From Raillietiella orientalis (lineage: Eukaryota), in the NCBI GenBank assembly GCA_036172245.1, contig JAYWIR010000001.1, positions 8,990,001 through 9,054,000 on the forward strand: DNA of 64,000 bases. The letters are read 5' to 3'. Of this stretch, positions 29,001 through 42,520 are shown piece by piece. The notes below the pieces were generated by a model. It had not been told where the DNA came from. It ran no database searches and was given only the letters and a program-made list of their open reading frames with translations. Position 1 is the first letter of the stretch, and each line of letters begins with the position of its first letter. The translations under genes were made by a program, and so were the position numbers.

Positions 29001-30164
29001 CTTATGTTACTTTAAAATGCATAGAGATGTATCTGTACAATTGATTTATATCAATGATGATAACTCTAAACTCCTTTTCACTACTGGTACTAAAAAGGTA
29101 ATTAACGTCTAAAGAATGGAAACAAAATGCGCTTGAGTAAAAAATCAAATTATACAATACATGCATGCACAAAAATATGACTGACTATTCTGTGACTAGT
29201 ACAATCTTTGACTCATGCCAACAACAATAGTAACATAATAACATGAAGTTCACACTAAAGAAAAATACATTAGCTGTTGTTCCTGTGACCTAACAGTGAA
29301 TACTGCAAAATTTCTACGAAATATTCCTGTAACATCATTCAAGTTATGTCTCACTATATTCACATAAGTACACATTATATTCATCTTACATTAAGCACAA
29401 TGGTCCCAACAATTTCATGAGACCATAAAACTCAATTTTAAATGAAATCATAGTTCAGCTTTATCTTCATGAAAAACGAAGTGTAACTCATTTCCACTTA
29501 AATCTTAATTAAAACAGCAAAGGAAAATAAGTCTGACCTCAACATTAAAAATCAAGTATTCATACTTACTACACTGATTTGAAGAATTTCATAAGGATCA
29601 AAATTCGCATACTCGTAATCAAATTGAGTAATTTTATAAATGATTGCAACGACGGCTAACCAACCAAGGGCAAGGATACATTTTCTAAAATTTAAATGAG
29701 TAAATTTAAATAAATTCAAGTGTTTGCTTACATTATTCTTTGTTTATTTTTTTTCCATGGATCTTTATTCTTCAGAAAATATTCTTTCTTAATGCAGTTT
29801 TCACAAGTGCATTTCTTTCTCTTTTCAACTGGATCAACTAAACATTCAATTTTTTTTGTAATTACAGAAGCCACATGAATTATTTACATGTGAAGCAAAA
29901 GTCAGGTTATTTAAAAAAAAACATTGCCACACAAATATTACACACAAAAAACAAACTACTCTACAACCAAATAACATGCTAGTAAACATTCAGTATTTTC
30001 ATCGGTGATAATTATAAAGGTCAGTCAATAAGTAAATGACCTGGTTTTTCTTTCTTTGGCCAAAAGCAGTATGTGCTAGGAATCAGAATGAGTGCTAAAA
30101 ATGAGAGTAAAAAATACAAAAAAGTCGTTCCCTTTTCATCGTATTCGAATTTTTGTCCGGCCAT
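26081..30164 (-). CDS. SEC63: translocation protein SEC63 (ER membrane J-domain protein), multi-exon
   Basis: MAGQKFEYDEKGTTFLYF start; J domain with YHPDK (~28250-28266); NWELYGNPDGPG; WWYRSIRYSG; YSLKARALIHAHLSR; VHCPFFPE; VRSDSYL; acidic tail ending DDDDLETE* at 26081. Confidence 0.95.
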
Positions 30165-31749
30165 TCTACGAAAAAAGAAAGCATAGATGGGTACTTGTGG
30201 TGACACAAAAGTTACCTTGACTGGTTCAATGGTTGACATGATCTCAAATTTATATCTTAATGAAACCACTGCAACATGTATCCATCATGTACTATAAACG
30301 GGATTTACGGGTGAACAATCAAAACATGCAACTTACTACAAATAAATCTTTTCAAGCTAGGTAACAACATAGTCTTGCCGCATCCTACGGCAACGTGTTC
30401 TCGTTTCAAAAATTACTGACTCAAATTCGTAGTGCCAAATCTTTTTCTGCCACCTAACCGAAATTATAATTCTTATGTCATTATCAATTTTAGAATATTT
30501 ATATTGGCATCTTGAAAGCTATACTGAACATATGCTGGATATGATTGCGGGTTTTCAAGAATGTTGTCATGAGCCGAACTACTGAGATGAATAATCTTAT
30601 AGATGCGGATTTCCAGGTGTAGGAATTTCTGTTCGAAACGAGTGGATAAATAGACAAACTTATTAAATTTGTAGTTTTGATAGACAATGCCTAAAAATTT
30701 CCAAGAATCTAATTACAAAATTATGGATAAGATTTTTCATCCTCTCAAATCTAAGTCCTGAGCTGAAAATGGGTACACCTTTGATACTTCATATAAGTTA
30801 TATAGATACTTGCATCGTGTGTATCCATAAATCGTTTCACATAAAGTATTTTCCATCAAGTCCAGATTAGAGATTTAAGGTGCTTGAATCCTTAGTATGA
30901 TTTTGAGCTCCCAAGTTTGCCTACATAATTTTTATTAAAGCAATTTATGAAATTTAGGTAGAAAGCACAGAGGAAACTGTAAATAAAAATACGTTATACT
31001 TAATGAAGAGTCCACGGAAGTTATTACATTGGCATTCATGCTACATTTCATTACTGAACAATCAGAGAATTGAGGAATATTTGTACACATTTTCATTGTA
31101 TCCATTTTTTGTTTTCATTGGTTAAGATGCCTCTTTAACTGAATGGGTATTCCAACTTTAATAGTCAACAGACTGATGACGAGAAAAATTAGTTATATAC
31201 TAAAAAAAAATGATAATTCAGGCTATGGAATGCTATTAAAATCAAGCAGTACTATATTTAAGGAATGATTAAAGAAAGCGTTCTGAAATAATTAAAGGCA
31301 TATTGAGGTATGTTTTAGATCAAAAATAAATGGACTTATAGAATTTCTAATAAAATTAAAGATTGCAAATTTAGACGAAACGAAGAAGAAATGATCACTT
31401 ATTCTCAGAATGCCTTATTTTGTTCATGTGGCTTTCTTTGTTTGTCTGTTTGTCTCCAGAATATGTCAGGTACGAATACTATTTAACATTGGTCTACCTA
31501 TGTTAAATGGCATTCGTACATCTTTCTTATGTGCCGGATGGATCTTTCTTATGTGTTCAATGAGAATCTGGTTACTGGCTCTTCTCTTTTCCTTTTCTCC
31601 TTTTCATGGTTTCGCTGATTGTTTTCTGTCGAAATACAGAAAATACACAATTTTTGAATAGACAAAGGAAATACTTGAAGCCGGAGAAATCGAAATGAGT
31701 CTCTCAATATGACAAGCCTGATACTAAGAGGAATTTGTCTTTAGATCAT

Positions 31750-33200
31750 CGGAATCAGAACATCCGGAGTTCTCCTAGCTTCAGAAAGGAAAGCCCATGG
31801 TTGTAGCAGCTCCCCAGATCTCCATTTAGCGTGTAGTTTTTCTTGAGCTTCCAGTAGGATAAACAAATGCATATTTTGTTAATCAAATATAAATAAAGGT
31901 ATCCGCTCGTCTTCATACCTGATTTTATATTGTCATGGAATTATTCATCAAAAAATATGTATCATTGTCTCATACACAATAATTCTTGGTGAAAACCCCA
32001 AAGCAACTTACCGAAACCACCTTATGATTGAAATAGATGAATCTCACAACAGCACGAGTAAAGTCAAGCAATCTTCCCTTCAACACTAGAACTAATCACA
32101 GAGAAATCGAGGGATCGTCCCTTTTAATCACATAAATATAAAATGAAATCTCCATCCATTCACATTTGCTTATCCTCCTTACGCAAAGTACTAGTTACTC
32201 CAACAAATGATAAAGCTATATGTAAATCAAAGCAAAAGACAAGGATAACCTTGCCACTCATTTCATCATAACCCGAAGCCAACCCCTGCTCATTTCTTCT
32301 GATTTCCTTATAAAAGAATCACAAGTTCCCAATTTCTGCCAAGACACCAACCACGATAGTCGTCTTTACGCTATACAAACCGCAATGTACAAAAAACTGT
32401 ACCTTAACCTCTCATATGAATTGTTGCATCTCAATGTGCATTTCATAAGAAATCATTCGAGTTGTAGGGAGTATCGTACTCTTCTACATTCGCTCTCTAC
32501 TTTTCACTAGTTCCGACATCCACAGCCATATACTTACCCTTCGAATAGGATATGAATGTAATCAGAAGTCATATCTACCTGTGAAGCCTCATTCTCCTTA
32601 CATCGCATTACTGCGACCATTTCACATCCAATTTCGAACTGAAACACTACCACTTTTTCCAAAGTCTTGATCTTTACCCTCCGTAAAGGAGGAGCTGATC
32701 TCATATCCACTTTCAAATCTTCCCTGCACGGTAAAGACCACCTAGAATCTCGTAGGAAAAACCTTGAATCAACATCAGCGCAACTGAGGGTGTTTCTGTT
32801 TTTATTTTTTTTCTGCTTAAAGCGTGTTGGAGTTGTCGAATTCTCATTCGTTCGTCTCCACGCAAAAACTTCCCCTCAACATGTAGGCGACTTCGTTCGA
32901 ATGGAGCCTCTTCTGAAGTGGATTCTTCATAGGCATTAGAAGTGGAATCTCAATGAAGAGAAGTATCCCGAAGAGAATCTCTGCAGGTAGCCCGAGGCAG
33001 ACTCTTACTCACCTCGAGGAGATGGTTTCCTTTTTTAGCTAGCAGAACCTTTTCAATGCTACGCTCTGCACCAAAAGCAACAAAAGTCCCAGTACTACCA
33101 CGATGAGCAACTCCTACATGCTTCCCAGACTGCTCTTACCTTTGCTTTCCGAGTCTTCATTTTTACGTTTGCTTCTCACTCTTGCCCCTGTTCTTACTCT
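31750..33200 (-). mobile_element. decayed non-LTR retrotransposon (APE endonuclease-like remnants)
   Basis: Minus-strand remnants AGVGF (~32280), YFNHKV (like GDFNAKVG, ~32030) and YILI-like (~31890) occur in APE order; heavily broken. Confidence 0.3.
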
Positions 33201-34599
33201 TACTCCTAAGACACTAAATGGATTTGCAGCCTAAGAAATTCCACGAGGCTTGCTACTGTTGTATTTTTGATTTCAGCACGAGGAAAAACCATAGGATACG
33301 GATGAAGAGACAGATCTCTGCAACACTGGCCATTTTCATTGGAGGCAGCCATAGCTTCAAGAAAAATGGCCACGTGTTTCTATCATGCGAGGGAATAAAA
33401 TCTCGTTTGATTTCACTCCAGTTTTTTGAAAATCACGATGCCTTGTAGTCACCTTACACGTCGAAACAGCTGCAGCTTATCGCGGGAAACCGGAACACCG
33501 CGAACACCGAAGGCAGTGCCTATCTGAAGAACATCTGCGGTCAACATGAAACGTGCCGTGAAGTTAGACAGCCCGCTCTGGGAAGTTGAAGTTCAGTGGA
33601 GGAAGTTCTCGGAATTGCACGACTGCGCGATTTCAGCAGAAGTCCATGATAGACGCATTACTTTACGCACGAAAATGCGACGATTTCCACAAAAACGAGG
33701 ATTGCTTTGATGGATACAGTCATCGAAGTCCCAACTTCAGGATCGTTCGGACTACTGACCGAAACAGCTCAATCATTTGATCCTATGAGTCACTGGTTTC
33801 AAGAAACATTGCAAGGTTGCCGGTTCTTCAAGGCATCCTAGATACTCTTCCTCCTCCAGAATCAATCAGGATTGCATTTTCAGATGGATGCAAATTGAAT
33901 TTTTTTTTTTAATCAATAGAAGGGGATAAATCTCAAATATTTTCGAGCAGCCAAGTCTCTAGAGCCAATGTCTTCCAAAGAATAGAATAACTTAGATTAA
34001 CAAGAAAATAATCTAGACTGCAATGCTGATGTGATTAAGAAAAACGCTAAAATAAGTTCGTTTCCATCAAAACGTTGGAGATTGAAGATTGCATTTTCTT
34101 TAGAATGGAATGCTCTGGAAATTTTCAATACCCACCAATAATTACAAAGGACCGAAAGCCACCGTACGAGGACGACAAAAGACTAAATATTCACCACTGA
34201 CTTTTTCTACCATCTGGCGCCCATGTTATAGTTTGGTGTTCTCGCTATGAGGATCCAGTACGAGGAACACATTAAAACCTGAAATATCTTCTAGCTCAAT
34301 GGTCAGTCCTTAAATAAGGATGGAAGGAGCAGCTAACGTACACGGAAGAACGAGATCAAATACTGTTACTGGAATTGGACAGTAGAAAAGGAAACAAAAA
34401 GGAGTGCATTCTCAGTAGGAAGACTTGCACAAGTCTTCGTGGTGTTGTAGTGCTGCTGGCAGCTTCAACCCGTGTTCTTAGGAGAGCGGTTGTTCAGACA
34501 ACTTGGAAAAGCTTTCTATTACTATGTCCGGGTAGAGCACAGGACCAACGACAGCTTAGCTTTGCTCTCTGACTACTGAGAGCGACAGATTGCAAATTT

Positions 34600-37100
34600 T
34601 CTCGTTTTTACTTCTGTAATGAGAAACAAAAAGGAAACAATTTTTTTTCTTACTTCAAATTCGTCATTTTCGTTTTCTGAAATTCTCGTTGCTCCGCTCT
34701 TGCACATGTTCACCACGCTGAAATAAAAGCCACACTTTTCCCCTAAGGATTCCATAAGTGTCAGTAATAATTTAGTACGTTGCATAAAAGTGCATAAGGT
34801 GTACACTTGAACAGAATGCCGTAATCTCTATGAAGAGAATTGGTTTGCAATTAGTATGCAAAGAGACTTTTAAGAGACTGACAGGAACTTTTGCACATAT
34901 ATCTAGAGAATTCTGGTAAGTATGTTTGATGTTTTCAGTGGGATACCAAGTAAATGGTTGAGTGCTGATTAATCTGCATGCACCTTAACGCTCCAACTCA
35001 TACGCTTCTTTCGATTATCGTGAGCTTAATAACTTCCACATTGGGAATTAAATGTTTGCTGTGTTCAAGAACACAAACATACACCACCAGCATTCTGCTA
35101 GGCATCCAGCATTTCTCTTTCGTTAGCATCAGGGTCACTGAAAAGAAGGAATCATTTGAAGAATGTGAAACCCAAAGAAGAAATTGCATTCAGTTTGTAG
35201 GCCATTTAGGTTCGATAATAGGGAACCCATGTGATAACAGTGTGTTGTAGAAGAAAACTGAAGAGTTGTCCATTAGTGGAAGCATTGTGCAAGCATTTCA
35301 GGAAAGGAAAACTTTTTTTTTCCTGATGTACCTCATTGCTTTACCGAAAGACTGGGAACCTATTTCAACAGCATGTTCGTTGACACCCTAGTAGCGTATC
35401 AAGAATAGCGATGCATTGAAAATCAATTATTACTTCATAAGTTTGAACAACGCTGCTTCCACATTCCGGTTCAGATGGATAGATATCCTCATCTACAAGG
35501 ATATTTTGTTTACTTTTTGATGATTTGTGTGATTCACTTGTTGATAAACATTCACTTGATAGTATACTGTTCCTTTGTTGAATGTACATCACAAAAATAG
35601 ATCACAAATTATCATCACATTTATATACCTAATGCTTGCTCAATCATAATCATATTTTGATCCAGTCTTCGGATATTTTTAAAGGAAGACCTCGTTATCT
35701 CCAATTTTTGATGCTTTATTGTTCTAAAGTTTAATGTACCATTATTGAATAAAGACATCCTCATTACTGAACTCATAGGAAGATGATAATCTGCATTAAT
35801 TCCTAAGACATTCCATCTCACTGATGCAGCCTTATCTTGCTCCCTCAGGAGAATCATGGTGAAGCATTTGAATGAAGCTGGTATAACAAGTAAAAAATAG
35901 CTTTCAATTCAATTATTCAGTAAAAAATAGCTTTCAATTCATTTCAATTGCTTTTTTGTCTAAAATACAAGTGAGCAAGTTTTTCAGGATACAATTTCCA
36001 AGTCCTCCATGTAATGAGTTATGTTCCCTTTATTTTATTTAAAGTTCGTAAAAGATGGGTAAGAAGGAAAGAAAAAAAAAAGGATGAACAGTCCCACGTG
36101 CTTATACTATCCTGGGTATCTCAACCAAAATTTGTTGCAGCATACTCCACAATGATGCAAGTGTACATTTAATAGGAGCAAAATGCCAAGCATTATAGTG
36201 AGGTTGCAGAGACTTTTTTGCCAACTCTATCCACCTTTGGAGTTATTTCTAATGCTACTCTGTGTTCTGGCTCCACACCATGGACGGTTTGATCCGTGGA
36301 AGAGAAAACGCAAATTTCACAGAGAAATTAAATTTATACGATAAACCGCCTTTATTTTTTTTATTGCAAGCCTTTTTCAAAATGATTTGCAAACCTTTCC
36401 TTTTCAGAGTGGTCCCTTGAAAGATAGGTCCTTTCGGTTGATAATACACCAATGGAAATCAGAAACACCTCGTCATGTTATTTTTGGGCAAAGAACGACA
36501 ATTTTCAAGGCCTGCTAATGCAATATGTTGCATACTAATGCAACGCTAACAATTTTCAAGGATGCCACTCATCTATTGCATTAGCATGCCTTGAAAATTG
36601 TCGTTCTTGTTTCCACTGGATTCGTTACGGCAGTTAAGCACTTGGCATTTTCTTTATTTACTTCCATAGACGGAAAACTTTGCTGGATGAGGGAATAATT
36701 ACTAGACATGACCGTTTTTCCCTTCCTCCTCCTGATAATACTAATTATATATAAGAATGACAAATTATGCAGCAGATTTATTCCAAGAGAGTCACACTCG
36801 GAAAACAAAAATTGAGCTTATGTGTGATTTCAAGCAAAAAACAGCAAAAAACTTTCCATATGTTATCAAAACCATGATAGGTCCGTGTACAAAAATCCAT
36901 AGAGAGAACTGCATTGCAAAATTCTCTACAGTGGGATTAGCAATCAACTGTGCAAGTTCTTCGTTTAGCCCAAGTCCACTTTTCATCAGAACATGAGCAA
37001 CTTTGTGTGTTTTTGGAAACTCCGACGCAAACCATCGTGAACACTCCACGACAATCCATGTTTTAACAACGAACTTATTAGGAAAAACTCGGTTTAGATG
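34600..37100 (-). pseudogene. decayed ORF; candidate herpesvirus-type terminase ATPase/nuclease subunit
   Basis: Motif-like fragments across frameshifts and stops: IIRRRKGKT (RRRKGKT at 36713-36733), CIIVEYAA (36136-36159), VIYFCDVH (35582-35605), IIERS (~35010), NDEF (~34660). Assignment is inference from remembered motifs only. Confidence 0.35.
36489..36609. repeat. ~35-bp inverted repeat with an internal partial third copy
   Basis: AAGAACGACAATTTTCAAGGCCTGCTAATGCAATA pairs with TATTGCATTAGCATGCCTTGAAAATTGTCGTTCTT (1 mismatch); ACAATTTTCAAGG recurs at ~36549. Confidence 0.9.
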
Positions 37101-38149
37101 GCAGATTTTCTTGCGTTGTGTCTTCGAGCTGCCGTTGCGCGGAAAGCAGGCTCCGAGGTCTTTCTCTCCAAGAGCGACTGAGGGATGAGCGATTCAGTCT
37201 GCCGGTATTCCGGAAGCGTACACCATTAGCGAGACCATCCAAGTGCCATTCGAAAGCACGCCGTAAATTATATATACATATATATTCGTAAATGTAAGAA
37301 TATTTATGCACAGATAACCAGATATACGTATCACCATCAGTATGCACAAATGATGAGACAAGTACACACACTACAATCAGTATTTTTAAATGCACATCAA
37401 TATAGGTATATATGATGATATGGATATATACATTAATAAGAATATATATATATATACATACATACTGCTGCCGGTATCGATGTTTATACCAATGTTGATG
37501 TTCAGATAACAAAAGATGCATTCATTTACACTAATCTCTATGAGTCAATTGAAAGAAGAAGAAAGAAATGAAATAGCCATCAAAAGGTGATTGAGTACCT
37601 TCTCTGTCTTTCTTGTTTTTCCCTAATGCCGGTATAGATGAAAACTTTGATATCAATATACCGATTCATCATTGTATGCATACGTGTGTGAATATGACCA
37701 TCATGAAGTGGAACACCCTCACTGCGTTTATCGCATCCATCCACATCGGAAGCCTTCAAATTACCGTGCCTCACCTCCAAACCTCACATTTTGGTCGCAC
37801 GCACGCCAGGAGGCACATGCAGAGAAAGATCCATCTTTCCTACTCAGCACTGTCTCCACCATTTTCGATAGGTTGCTGCTGAAGAACGACATAGACCACA
37901 AATCTTTCCTGCTCATTTCCCATTGCAAATAATCAAATCGTCCTAATTTACTATCATAATCACGCATTCCAATTTACTTTGATTTGTTTTCTGTTCGTGA
38001 TCCGCGGAAGACAACTCTGAAGATATACAAAAAGATAACTCCGAAGTTGGTGTTTCCTCACTTTCTTTCTCCGGCACTTTACCATCCGCCATGTAACTAC
38101 TTCACTATGAACACTACTCATCTTCCAGGATCAGGCATCCCGTGTACAT

Positions 38150-38920
38150 ATGCACGCAAACGCACCACTCTTTTCGGCAGCACTTTCGGATGCGTATTTG
38201 GAAATGGAGCATCCCAAAGCCCAATTTTACAAATGTTTCCTCCTATCTTCATTACTTACGATAATAGGCTTTCCGGCAAGGAGGTGCTGCATTGCAGCAA
38301 AAAAGAAAATTCTGGGTGCGTGGACAACTCGGCAACTGAAGGACGCTGCGACGTCGAGTGTCCCACCCAAAGGACTTCTCCGCTGGGGCGAGAGCTGCTG
38401 GCTATTCCGTTGCAAGACATACAGTGGTCCCCCAGTGCCTGTGGACACACGCAACCTCCCCTCAAAGTGGCAGGAGTCTGCGTTGGTGCTGCTGTACTGG
38501 GGTCTCCTGTGCAACGCCCGCAGCCATCACTGGAACCGTGTGCGTGTGTGGACCCAAACCATGTCAGGTGCGGGGAACGTGAACCCCTCAGGCAACTGCT
38601 TGTGTTGCTCTCGGCCCCTTTGGGAATGCTCTGTTGCGACCCTGCGGATCCCCGAAGGCAACCCCGGAGACGTTCTAAGGAGCCTCTTTGTACGTGATGC
38701 CCTCACGCCAGCTGCGTCGCTAGAAGTACTTTCTTGCCTTCGCGGGATTGTGGCTGTCTGGAGCAACATCGAAAGAAAAGGTGTCAACGATGGGGATGTC
38801 ATCCACTTTGCAGTCCGTTTTCTCAGGATCGCGACGAGGTGGCCCCATCTAGGAGCTACCCAGCAGGAACTTGCCGGCATCCTGGCAAGGATGCAGAAGA
38901 CGCCCTTCAGCAGAATGTGA
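38150..38920 (+). CDS. intronless 256-aa orphan ORF with a Cys cluster (CLCCSRPLWEC)
   Basis: Open ATG-to-TGA frame with globular-looking composition, in a GC-richer patch; no family recognised. Confidence 0.4.
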   Translation: MHANAPLFSAALSDAYLEMEHPKAQFYKCFLLSSLLTIIGFPARRCCIAAKKKILGAWTTRQLKDAATSSVPPKGLLRWGESCWLFRCKTYSGPPVPVDTRNLPSKWQESALVLLYWGLLCNARSHHWNRVRVWTQTMSGAGNVNPSGNCLCCSRPLWECSVATLRIPEGNPGDVLRSLFVRDALTPAASLEVLSCLRGIVAVWSNIERKGVNDGDVIHFAVRFLRIATRWPHLGATQQELAGILARMQKTPFSRM

Positions 38921-40544
38921 TCCTTTCCCGATCCCTCCATAGGTTCTATTTTAGATATGTACATATACATTTTTATTTTATTTTTCTTTGTCCCCTTCCC
39001 CTCCTGCTGCCGAGGCGGATCTCGCCGGTCTGCGTGCTGGCTTCTCAGCCGGTTCCATCTGTAACGTGGCAGGACCGAAAGCAGGTTCCTGCCCCCGCTT
39101 TTGTAAGTTTCTTTTTTCCAGAAACAAACGCCCCGGCGCACCCGGGTGGAAAGACCCGGCTCGAGCTAGGAGCGATGGGCTGCCCCACTGCGAACGCGCT
39201 CGGTGCTGCTGCACGGAGCTCCCACCGTGGTTCCGTTCCGTCGCACTCGTGCGAGCCGCACCCTCCCCTCCGCTGACCCACATCCCCGGTACCGTAGGCA
39301 GACGCGCCCCGAAGCGCTGTGATTGCCAATTACCGCTGTTTTTCGTTCGCAAGCTGCGAATGCAAAGTGCAACTGCGCGTGCACCATCGCTACGACCTGG
39401 CTGCGGCGAAGAGTCGCATGTCGTGGCGGACCGACGGCGCTGGAGCGAAGCCTCTGAGCATCCAAATCCGGAACGAGAAAGATCACCGAAGATCACACAG
39501 CACACAAATCCATGCGCCTTTCTTTCTGCATATATACGCGTCGATCCGCATACGCGAAAGTGAACATATAGACGCTCTTTTGTATTTCCGCAACATCCAC
39601 GTATGTGTATACGAGTGAAGCTTACCTACCTGCTAAACCTGTATCTATCGCACTGCATGCTTCGATTTGAACCGTATACCATTGCTTACCTACCGTATAT
39701 CTCAAGAGCCAGAGAGATCGCCGGCACTCAGCGCCGGTTCTGAAAGGATGGAACGGCCGATACCAAAGCCTATCGCCCCTCCCATCGCTTTTTATTTTAT
39801 TTTATTTATGGTCCCCCCCCCTCCCTAACGTTCCGGACTTTCGACCTGCGGGTTGGGGAGCCCTCCCCTTGAACTCCGTTTTAGTCATAGTCTGGGACCA
39901 GAGTATCCAGATCGTTTGTACTTCTCTGTATGAGCAAACGCTCCGAAGTAACCGGGTGATAAATTTAAACCGTATACATAAGAGCTGCACTTGCAGATAT
40001 TCGTCAAACCACGAGTACTCGGGGGAAAACGAGCTGAAAAAAATTCAAGATTGCTGCGGGACGAGACAATAACTTCGTGTTTAGTTTTTAAAACCTCCAT
40101 GTTTTTTCGTCCTCTTTTACATATAAAACTTGTCTCCAGAGCACAACCTCCTGCAAGCCTTGGTCAATGTTGGAGGCTTTCGTATAAAATGACTGAACTT
40201 AGAACCATAATTACAATGCATATGCTGTTTATTACATTATCTGTAACTTCCAAAAAAACTGAATATTCGACATGCATCGATGAGTACCTTAATAAAGGAT
40301 AATTTTGTCAAACTACACTGCAAAACCCACTTAGTTGGCATTATTCATTCTAATTACACAAAGTTGCATAACATGGTTGCCCTGATTCTACATGGGGATT
40401 TACGATTTGTCTTCGACCTTCAAAACATTAACTGAACATGAACCACAAACTAAAAACTCACATAATGCACGCACACTTTTATGTGCATTATGCAAGTTCC
40501 AAAAAACCAAACAGAAACCTACGAATACTTTATTTGAAAATAAA

Positions 40545-42520
40545 TTAATCTACTTCCTCTATGGTAGGTCCACCTGAGCTTCGTGGACCACCTGGACCTG
40601 CACCAGGAATATCTCCTGGTATACCACCTCCAGCTTGATACAGTTTAGTAATTATTGGGGAACACACAGCCTCTACTTCCTTCTGCTTATGCGTAAATTC
40701 GTCTTTTTCAGCCAACTGATTGGTATCCAACCATTTGATAGTTTCATTGCATTTGTCCAAAACAGTTTTCTTATCAGCTTCTGAAACTTTACCCTGAGTT
40801 TTCTCATCTTCCATGGAAGCTTTCATGTTGAAACAGTAGGACTCCAATGAATTCTTGGCTGAAATACGCTCTCTCTGTTCTTCATCCTCTTGTCTATACT
40901 TTTCAGCTTCTTGCACCATACGTTCAATTTCATCCTTAGATAAACGACCTTTGTCATTCGTAATTGTGATTTTACTGGCCTTCCCAGTTGACTTGTCTAT
41001 AGCTGAAACATTCAAGATTCCATTTGCATCAATATCAAATGTAACTTCAATCTGAGGTACACCACGTGGAGCTGGTGGGATACCAGTGAGTTCAAATTTT
41101 CCTAATAAATTATTGTCTTTTGTCATGGCACGTTCTCCTTCGAATACTTGGATAAGCACACCAGGCTGATTATCACTGTACGTGGTAAAAGTCTGAGTCT
41201 GTTTTGTAGGTATGGTGGTATTTCTCTTTATCAGAGCTGTCATGACACCTCCAGCTGTCTCAATACCCAATGATAAAGGTGTAACATCCAAAAGTAGTAA
41301 ATCTTGGACAGCTTCTGATTTATCACCATGTAGAATTGCAGCTTGCACTGCTGCCCCATATGCTACAGCTTCATCAGGATTAATTGATTTGTTCAACTCT
41401 TTTCCATTAAAAAAGTCTTGAAGCAGTTTCTGAATCTTTGGGATACGAGTAGAACCACCTACAAGAACTATGTCATGCACTTGTGATTTATCCATTTTTG
41501 CATCACGAAGGGACTTTTCCACTGGTTCCAAAGTACTGCGGAACAGATCAGCATTCAGCTCCTCGAATCGAGCCCTGGTTATTGATGTATAGAAGTCAAT
41601 ACCTTCATACAAAGAATCAATCTCAATTGAAGCTTGTGTTGATGAAGAGAGCGTTCGCTTTGCTCGCTCACAAGCAGTGCGAAGACGACGAATTGCTCGT
41701 TTGTTGTCGCTTGGATCCTTTTTGTGCTTTCGTTTAAATTCTTGGACAAAATGATTCACCATTCGATTATCAAAATCTTCACCCCCTAAATGAGTGTCAC
41801 CAGCAGTGGATTTCACTTCGAAAATTCCTTCTTCTATGGTCAGAATTGATACATCGAAAGTACCACCTCCTAAATCAAAAATGAGGACATTGCGTTCACC
41901 ACCCTTCTTCTTATCCAAGCCATATGCAATGGCAGCCGCTGTGGGTTCATTGATAATTCGCAAGACATTTAATCCTGCAATTGCCCCTGCATCCTTAGTT
42001 GCCTGCCTTTGAGAATCATTGAAGTATGCTGGCACTGTAATGACAGCACTTGTCACAGTTTTGCCAAGGTATGCTTCTGCAATCTCCTTCATCTTTGTAA
42101 GTACCATTGAGGATATTTCTTCAGGATAAAAGGATTTTGTTTCTCCTTTGTATTCAACATTGATCTTTGGCTTTCCTCCTTCACTTATCACTTGAAATGG
42201 CCAATGTTTGATGTCCTGCTGTACTGTTGTCTCATCAAATTTACGCCCAATCAACCGCTTTGCATCTACCAGAGTCAACATCATTTCTGAGCTTACAGTC
42301 TCAGTCGTGACATACCAAAAACTGTATTTGTTGGGTTCATAGCCACTTGATTCTTTGCTGCATCGCCAATCAATCTTTCAGTATCTGTAAAAGCTACATA
42401 ACTCGGTGTTGTGCGATTCCCCTGGTCATTGGCGATGATTTCCACTTTGCCATGTTGGAAAACGCCCACACAAGAGTACGTGGTCCCCAAATCTATTCCA
42501 ATAGCTGGAGCCTTCGACAT
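40545..42520 (-). CDS. HSPA8: cytosolic heat shock cognate 70 kDa protein (641 aa), join(42316-42520, 40545-42265)
   Basis: [21 protein letters not shown] and [11 protein letters not shown] signatures; C-terminal GPTIEEVD. 50-nt GT-AG intron at 42266-42315; spliced length 1926 nt is in frame. A 5'UTR intron has its acceptor near 42544. Confidence 0.96.

Noticed and set aside
34290-34360. tRNA or tRNA-derived SINE (A-box-like TAGCTCAATGGT)
   Set aside because: No B box (GTTCRA) or cloverleaf downstream.
35889-35941. 23-bp direct repeat with a 30-bp period
   Set aside because: Only two copies; ordinary local tandem duplication.
40855-42012. Plus-strand ORFs inside HSC70
   Set aside because: Antisense shadows of the conserved Hsp70 coding sequence.
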